In this document: one piece after another, positions 59,050 through 64,000 of the stretch | How the letters are laid out: the number at the start of each line of letters is the position of its first letter | How positions within the stretch are numbered: position 1 is the stretch's first letter | Assembly (NCBI GenBank): GCA_918234285.1 | Contig: CAKJXZ020000010.1 | Span: 1-64,000, forward strand | DNA: 64,000 nucleotides | Reading direction: 5' to 3' | Source: Pseudomonadota bacterium | GTDB taxonomy: Bacteria; Pseudomonadota; Alphaproteobacteria; RF32; CAG-239 | Program-made: the position numbers and the translations under genes | Notes under the pieces: generated by a model | The model's input: the letters and a program-made list of their open reading frames with translations, nothing else | Databases searched by the model: none | Told to the model about the DNA's origin: nothing

Positions 59050-59603
59050 TGGGAGAAAATTTTATGACAAACTATGAAAATTTATATAACAACGTCATAA
59101 AGAAATCTCTTGTGGAAAAATTCGGTTACAAAAATCCACATGAGGTTCCGAAGCTGACGAAAATCGTTTTGAATATGGGTGTCGGCGATGCCGTTACCGA
59201 TAAGAAAAAAGTAACATCCGCTATGGAAGAATTGGCGGCTATTTCCGGTCAACAGCCGGTTATGACCAAGGCTCGCAAATCTATCGCTACCTTCAAAGTA
59301 CGTGAAGGTATGCCGATCGGTTGCAAGGTTACTCTGCGTTCTGCCAGAATGTATGAGTTCTTGGAAAGACTGGTTAATATGGCCTTGCCGCGAATCCGTG
59401 ACTTCCACGGTATTACCGGTAAAAACTTCGATGGCAAAGGTAACTTCGCTTTCGGTATTAAGGAACAAATCATTTTCCCTGAAATTAACTACGAAAAGGT
59501 AGATGAAGTCAGAGGTCTTGATATTGTTATTTGTACAACAGCTAAGACAGACGAAGAAGCAAAGTTTCTGCTGACATCGTTTAACTTGCCTTACAAGAAA
59601 TAA
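59049..59603 (+). CDS. rplE: 50S ribosomal protein L5
   Basis: [17 protein letters not shown]. Confidence 0.98.
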   Translation: MGENFMTNYENLYNNVIKKSLVEKFGYKNPHEVPKLTKIVLNMGVGDAVTDKKKVTSAMEELAAISGQQPVMTKARKSIATFKVREGMPIGCKVTLRSARMYEFLERLVNMALPRIRDFHGITGKNFDGKGNFAFGIKEQIIFPEINYEKVDEVRGLDIVICTTAKTDEEAKFLLTSFNLPYKK

Positions 59604-59617
59604 GCGGAGATTTTACT

Positions 59618-59923
59618 ATGTCAAAAACAAGTTCGGTATATAGAAACTTGAAAAGAGTTAAGATGGCTGCTAAGTATTCGAACCGCCGTCAAAAACAAAA
59701 AGCAATCATGATGGATAAGAATGCTTCTCCGGAAGAGAGAATGCAGGCTCAGTTTGCTTTGCAAAAATTCCCGAAGAATTCTGCAAAATGCCGTATTCGC
59801 AATCGTTGCAGAATTACGGGACGTTCACGTAGTTATTACAGAAAGTTCGGTTTAAGCCGTGTTGAATTGAGAGATTTGGCAAGCTTTGGCGAAATTCCTG
59901 GTTTAGTAAAATCAAGCTGGTAA
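59618..59923 (+). CDS. rpsN: 30S ribosomal protein S14 (long form)
   Basis: [18 protein letters not shown]. Confidence 0.97.
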   Translation: MSKTSSVYRNLKRVKMAAKYSNRRQKQKAIMMDKNASPEERMQAQFALQKFPKNSAKCRIRNRCRITGRSRSYYRKFGLSRVELRDLASFGEIPGLVKSSW

Positions 59924-59937
59924 GGAGGGAAGATATC

Positions 59938-60336
59938 ATGTCTATGAGTGATCCTTTGGGCGATATGCTCACACGCATCAGAAACGCACAAAGAGCGAAA
60001 AAGAGTGACGTTGTATCACCTGCTTCTCGCTTGCGTGAAAGTGTGTTGGAAGTTTTGAAGCGCGAAGGCTACATTGAAGGCTTTGAAAAGAACAATGTAC
60101 GTCCGGGTGTTGATGAACTTCGTATTCAATTAAAGTACCATGAAGGTGCTGCAGTTATTACAAAAATTTACCGCGTTTCGACTCCGGGCCGTCGCGTTTA
60201 TTCAAGCGTGAAGGATTTGCCGAGAGTTTACAACGGCTTGGGTATTTCCATCATTTCTACTCCGCAAGGTGTTATGAGTGATAATGAAGCCCGCAAGGCT
60301 AATGTTGGCGGCGAAGTTTTGTGCCAAGTGTTCTAA
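59938..60336 (+). CDS. rpsH: 30S ribosomal protein S8
   Basis: [15 protein letters not shown]. Confidence 0.98.
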   Translation: MSMSDPLGDMLTRIRNAQRAKKSDVVSPASRLRESVLEVLKREGYIEGFEKNNVRPGVDELRIQLKYHEGAAVITKIYRVSTPGRRVYSSVKDLPRVYNGLGISIISTPQGVMSDNEARKANVGGEVLCQVF

Positions 60337-60347
60337 GGAGGTAAGGA

Positions 60348-60884
60348 ATGTCAAGAGTTGGTAAATATCCAGTTGTTGTTCCTGCCGGTGTAGAACTGAG
60401 CATCAATAACAATACGGTTGTGGCAAAAGGTAAGTTGGGCGAATTGTCCTATTCTTTTGATGACAGCCACGTTGCAACAAAATTTGAAGACGGTAAAGTG
60501 ACGGTTTCACCGTTGTCTCAAAGTAATGCAGCCAGAGCTTTGTGGGGTACAACCCGCGCTCGCATTAATGAGATGATTAAAGGTGTAAGCGAAGGCTTTA
60601 CAAAAGATATGGAATTGGTCGGCGTCGGTTATAAGGCGCGTGTTGAAGGTAAGAACCTGATTTTGTCTTTGGGTTTTTCGCATGAAGTTACTTTTCCGGC
60701 TCCGGAAGGTATTAAAATTTCCTGCGCATCTCCGACACAAATTTCAATCTTTGGTGCAGACAAACAAAAAGTTGGCCAAGTTGCGGCAGAAATTCGTAAA
60801 TATAGAAAACCTGAACCGTATAAAGGTAAGGGCGTAAAATATACCAACGAATATGTACGTCGTAAAGAAGGCAAGAAGAAATAA
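60348..60884 (+). CDS. rplF: 50S ribosomal protein L6
   Basis: [14 protein letters not shown]. Confidence 0.98.
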   Translation: MSRVGKYPVVVPAGVELSINNNTVVAKGKLGELSYSFDDSHVATKFEDGKVTVSPLSQSNAARALWGTTRARINEMIKGVSEGFTKDMELVGVGYKARVEGKNLILSLGFSHEVTFPAPEGIKISCASPTQISIFGADKQKVGQVAAEIRKYRKPEPYKGKGVKYTNEYVRRKEGKKK

Positions 60885-60895
60885 GGAATAAGTCG

Positions 60896-61258
60896 ATGAA
60901 TACACCAAAAAAATTGTTTGAAAGAAGACAAGCTCGTGTAAGATACGCTTTGAAAAACGCCGCCAACGGCAAATTAAGATTGTCGGTTTTCCGCAGCGGT
61001 AAGCATATCTATGCACAAATCATTGACGATGTAAAAGGTTTGACAGTTGCTTCTGCATCTACCTTGGATAAGGAAATCAGAGGACAAATTAAAAAATCTT
61101 CTACGGTTGAAGCCGCTGGCTTCATTGGTAAAGTAATTGCTGAAAGAGCTACAAAATCCGGTATTTCCGAAGTGGTATTTGACCGCGGCGGTTATATCTA
61201 TCACGGTCGGGTTAAGGCCTTGGCTGAAGCAGCTCGCGAAGCCGGTTTGAAATTCTAG
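60896..61258 (+). CDS. rplR: 50S ribosomal protein L18
   Basis: [16 protein letters not shown]. Confidence 0.98.
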   Translation: MNTPKKLFERRQARVRYALKNAANGKLRLSVFRSGKHIYAQIIDDVKGLTVASASTLDKEIRGQIKKSSTVEAAGFIGKVIAERATKSGISEVVFDRGGYIYHGRVKALAEAAREAGLKF

Positions 61259-61261
61259 GAG

Positions 61262-61828
61262 ATGAAGATGGTACAATCTACAGATCGTCATAACAAAAAA
61301 GAAGTGAAAGATGAGTTGGTCGAAAGACTGGTTCACGTTAACCGTGTAGCTAAAACCGTTAAAGGCGGACGCACCATGAGTTTCGCCGCGGTTGTGGTTG
61401 TGGGTGACCAAAAGGGTCGTATCGGTTTGGGTACCGGTAAGGCTGCGGAAGTTCCGGAAGCAATCACCAAGGCTACAAACGAAGCAAGAAAGAATATGAT
61501 TCGTATTCCGTTGCGCGAAGGCAGAACTCTGCACCACGATATTTCCGGTCGTTTCGGCGCCGGTAAGGTGGTTTTGAGAACAGCTCCTGCCGGTACCGGT
61601 GTTATTGCCGGCGGCCCGATGCGTGCTGTTTTTGAAGTTCTGGGTGTGCAAGATGTGGTTGCCAAATCATTGGGTTCCAATAACCCGTACAATATGATTA
61701 AAGCAACTTTCGATGCTTTAAAGGGTATTAACTCACCGAGAATGGTTGCAGCTAAACGCGGCAAGAAAGTCGGTGATATTGTCAGCCGCCGTGAAGGTAT
61801 GGCCAAAGACGTTAAAGAGGAGGCTTAA
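61262..61828 (+). CDS. rpsE: 30S ribosomal protein S5
   Basis: [19 protein letters not shown]. Confidence 0.98.
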   Translation: MKMVQSTDRHNKKEVKDELVERLVHVNRVAKTVKGGRTMSFAAVVVVGDQKGRIGLGTGKAAEVPEAITKATNEARKNMIRIPLREGRTLHHDISGRFGAGKVVLRTAPAGTGVIAGGPMRAVFEVLGVQDVVAKSLGSNNPYNMIKATFDALKGINSPRMVAAKRGKKVGDIVSRREGMAKDVKEEA

Positions 61829-61830
61829 TC

Positions 61831-62019
61831 ATGGCAACTAAAAAGAAGACAATAAAAGTTACCAGAACTGGTAGCACAATCGGACGCCCGACTTATCAGG
61901 AAACTAACCTGAGAGGTTTGGGTTTAACCAAAACCGGTCGTACCGTTGAGTTGGAGGATACTCCTTCGGTTCGCGGAATGATTAAGAAGGTGGCCCACTT
62001 AGTCAAGGTTGAAGAATAA
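61831..62019 (+). CDS. rpmD: 50S ribosomal protein L30
   Basis: LRGLGL...DTPSVRGMI. Confidence 0.96.
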   Translation: MATKKKTIKVTRTGSTIGRPTYQETNLRGLGLTKTGRTVELEDTPSVRGMIKKVAHLVKVEE

Positions 62020-62145
62020 AACTTGGGGAGAGTGCTAAGAGATTATCATACTTGCAAATTTCTTCCTTGTGTACCGTTTTGTACACGGCGTCAGAAATTA
62101 ACTGCGTAGCATAGTCTCTTATCCCTCTCTTAAAAGATTTATTTT
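62014..62145. repeat. Long imperfect hairpin with GTAC-N6-GTAC apex
   Basis: Arms taagagattat/atagtctctta and aatttct/agaaatt; apex gtgtac-cgtttt-gtacac. Confidence 0.75.
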
Positions 62146-62171
62146 AAGACTTGCAGAGAATTTGAAAAAAG

Positions 62172-62633
62172 GTGAAAGAAATGAAACTTAACGAATTAAA
62201 AGACAACGAAGGCGCTACCAAAAATCGTAAACGCGTAGGTCGCGGTATCGGTTGCGGCAAGGGCAAGACTTGCGGCCTTGGTCACAAAGGTCAAAAGGCT
62301 CGTGCCGGTGGTGCTAAAATGGGATTTGAAGGCGGTCAAATGCCGCTGTATCGTCAGTTGCCGAAGCATGGTTTTAAAAATCCGTTTGCAAAGACTTATG
62401 CCGTTGTAAACTTGGATACCATTCAAAAAGCTATTGACGGCGGCAAGTTGGATGCCAAGTCAATCAATGTTGAATCATTGCTCAGCTCTAACGTGATTTC
62501 TAAGAAGCTGGACGGCATTCGTTTGCTCGCACGCGGTGCAGTGACCAGCAAGATTGAAATCACCGTTAATTCGGCTTCTAAAGCGGCTGTAGAGGCCGTT
62601 GAAAAAGCCGGCGGCAAAGTAAATCTCATCTAG
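62172..62633 (+). CDS. rplO: 50S ribosomal protein L15
   Basis: [16 protein letters not shown]; true start may be 62181. Confidence 0.97.
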   Translation: MKEMKLNELKDNEGATKNRKRVGRGIGCGKGKTCGLGHKGQKARAGGAKMGFEGGQMPLYRQLPKHGFKNPFAKTYAVVNLDTIQKAIDGGKLDAKSINVESLLSSNVISKKLDGIRLLARGAVTSKIEITVNSASKAAVEAVEKAGGKVNLI

Positions 62634-62745
62634 TTGGCAGCTAATACAAAAATTACGGGTCGGAAGTGTCCTCACGTACCTCTATGTACGCTCCGGTACT
62701 TCCGCCCTTATTTTTTATTATTTGCGCATACTATCTGAGATTTAC
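62619..62745. repeat. Long imperfect hairpin with GTAC-N6-GTAC apex
   Basis: gtaaatctca/tgagatttac ends, cggaagt/acttccg arms, apex cgtac-ctctat-gtacg. Confidence 0.75.
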
Positions 62746-62756
62746 ATGGAGATATT

Positions 62757-62788
62757 AAAAGGGAGGTGCGATAAACACCTCCTTTTTT
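62757..62788 (+). terminator. Terminator ending the S10-spc transcript
   Basis: ggaggtg...cacctcc followed by T-run. Confidence 0.75.
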
Positions 62789-62845
62789 AATAACATAATA
62801 AAGTAAAAAAACGGTCGGATATTCCGACAGTTTAAGATTTTATCG

Positions 62846-63634
62846 CTAACCGTTTTGTTTTTTATTGGCTTTTATTTGGGCTAAATTTCTGCCCGGCAAC
62901 GCATCACGGCTGACCGTACGTTTTGGTGCTTTTGGTTTTTTAGGAAGCTGTTTATCTTGTTCCATATTTTCATCCGATGGTAATTCGGAAGAAAAAGTAT
63001 AAGTTTCATATCCAAATTCAATTTTTTTACTGCCGTCATTATATATAGCTTGTTCATGTTTTGCTTCAGCATCTTTTGATGTAACGCTCCAAAAACCATC
63101 TTTTTCAATATTTTTAAAGTCTCTGTCGAATTCTTCATATTCAAAATTCTGGGTTGTTTGTTCGTGCGCTTTTGGTTCTTTACGCAGTAATTCTTCTATT
63201 TTTTTATGATTGTCTGTATGATTGTCTTCGTTTGTTGAGCTTAAGAGTGAATCAATTTTTGCTTTAATAGCATTTCTTTCTGCTTGTTCTTCAGTGCTCA
63301 TAACGAATTTTGTTTCCTCTTTACCCAGTCGGACGGTATTCGGCTTCTTTGAGCCTATTTCTTTATACTCAGGATTTGAATAAATCTCACTATGAGTCCA
63401 CATATCGTGAGTTTTGTTCACCGAGGTCAGAACGGAATCCGGAGCACCTTCGGCGCCTTCTTTAAAAACAGAAATGCCTTGTGCACTCATATCTTTAACC
63501 ACTTGCTCGGTTTTACTTTCTTTTTTCTTATTGCTGTCTTCTTCCAACCATTTGTTGATAAAATAGGCTCCGGCGCTGCTTAATACGACTGCGGTCGCAA
63601 CACCGGCGCATAGTTGTTTCAGATTTTTGGCCAT
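62846..63634 (-). CDS. Orphan protein with N-terminal TM/signal segment and basic tail
   Basis: AAGGAG RBS; hydrophobic N-terminus; ends NLAQIKANKKQNG. Confidence 0.8.
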   Translation of the reverse strand: MAKNLKQLCAGVATAVVLSSAGAYFINKWLEEDSNKKKESKTEQVVKDMSAQGISVFKEGAEGAPDSVLTSVNKTHDMWTHSEIYSNPEYKEIGSKKPNTVRLGKEETKFVMSTEEQAERNAIKAKIDSLLSSTNEDNHTDNHKKIEELLRKEPKAHEQTTQNFEYEEFDRDFKNIEKDGFWSVTSKDAEAKHEQAIYNDGSKKIEFGYETYTFSSELPSDENMEQDKQLPKKPKAPKRTVSRDALPGRNLAQIKANKKQNG

Positions 63635-63782
63635 GGCGATTCTCCTTTGTAAAATACCTCTATTGATTAAAGAATAGAGGTAAAAATAAGTTTTGTCAAT
63701 ATATTTTTACAGAGGTAATACAAGCGGATTTATACGCAATTAGCGAGCTGGCGCAGTGTAATTTCGGCGGTGTAGAATATAT

Positions 63783-63891
63783 AAAAATACGGATAATGTG
63801 ATAAATACGACGAAAGCCTTTTCTCGAGGTGTACAACAATGGTACATAAGAGAAAAGGCTTTCAGGTAGTTATCCGTTATACGGATTTTTT
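63783..63891. repeat. Long imperfect hairpin with GTAC-N7-GTAC apex
   Basis: gaaagccttttctc/gagaaaaggctttc arms; apex tgtac-aacaatg-gtaca. Confidence 0.75.
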
Positions 63892-64000
63892 AGAATTGAT
63901 CTGAGGTACGTTTAATCAAATCCTCAATATTCTCCGGCGGCCAACCCGGTGTATCCATACCTAAGTGGATACCCATCTTAGCCAACACTTCTTTGATTTC
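63890..64000 (-). CDS. rpoA: RNA polymerase alpha subunit, C-terminal end (partial; absent from ORF track)
   Basis: [36 protein letters not shown]-stop matches the alphaproteobacterial RpoA tail. Confidence 0.92.
   Translation of the reverse strand, partial: EIKEVLAKMGIHLGMDTPGWPPENIEDLIKRTSDQF

Noticed and set aside
53241-62675. Numerous antisense ORFs over ribosomal protein genes
   Set aside because: Shadows of codon-biased genes.

Overview
Chromosomal window from a low-GC alphaproteobacterium; a reduced, host- or gut-associated lineage is inferred from gene order and apparent gene losses. The left part (1-19.9 kb) is accessory: orphan proteins, two paralogous 21-aa LRR-like proteins, an S41 peptidase, a permuted papain-like protein, ankyrin/HEAT-like proteins, gene remnants, a structured ncRNA candidate, and a tRNA-Thr followed by tRNA-linked repeats. 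The middle holds housekeeping genes (dusB-trkA, a 2205-aa autotransporter, psd-pssA, rarA-rluC-AsmA-ATP12, ampG-dnaQ-coaE), a probable oriC between coaE and rho, mltA/Tim44/secB, tandem tRNA-Val genes and trmB. The right part is the S10-spc ribosomal cluster (rpsJ to rplO), which stops after rplO; the 3' end of rpoA converges from the opposite strand without rplQ. The strongest novel signal is a conserved C-terminal tag (KAGY-x2-FKK-x4/5-ERE-stop) on three proteins of two unrelated types, with looser basic tails on several other effector-like orphans that lack signal peptides. This suggests an undescribed C-terminal export signal and effector repertoire. All family calls come from motif recognition by eye; no searches were run.
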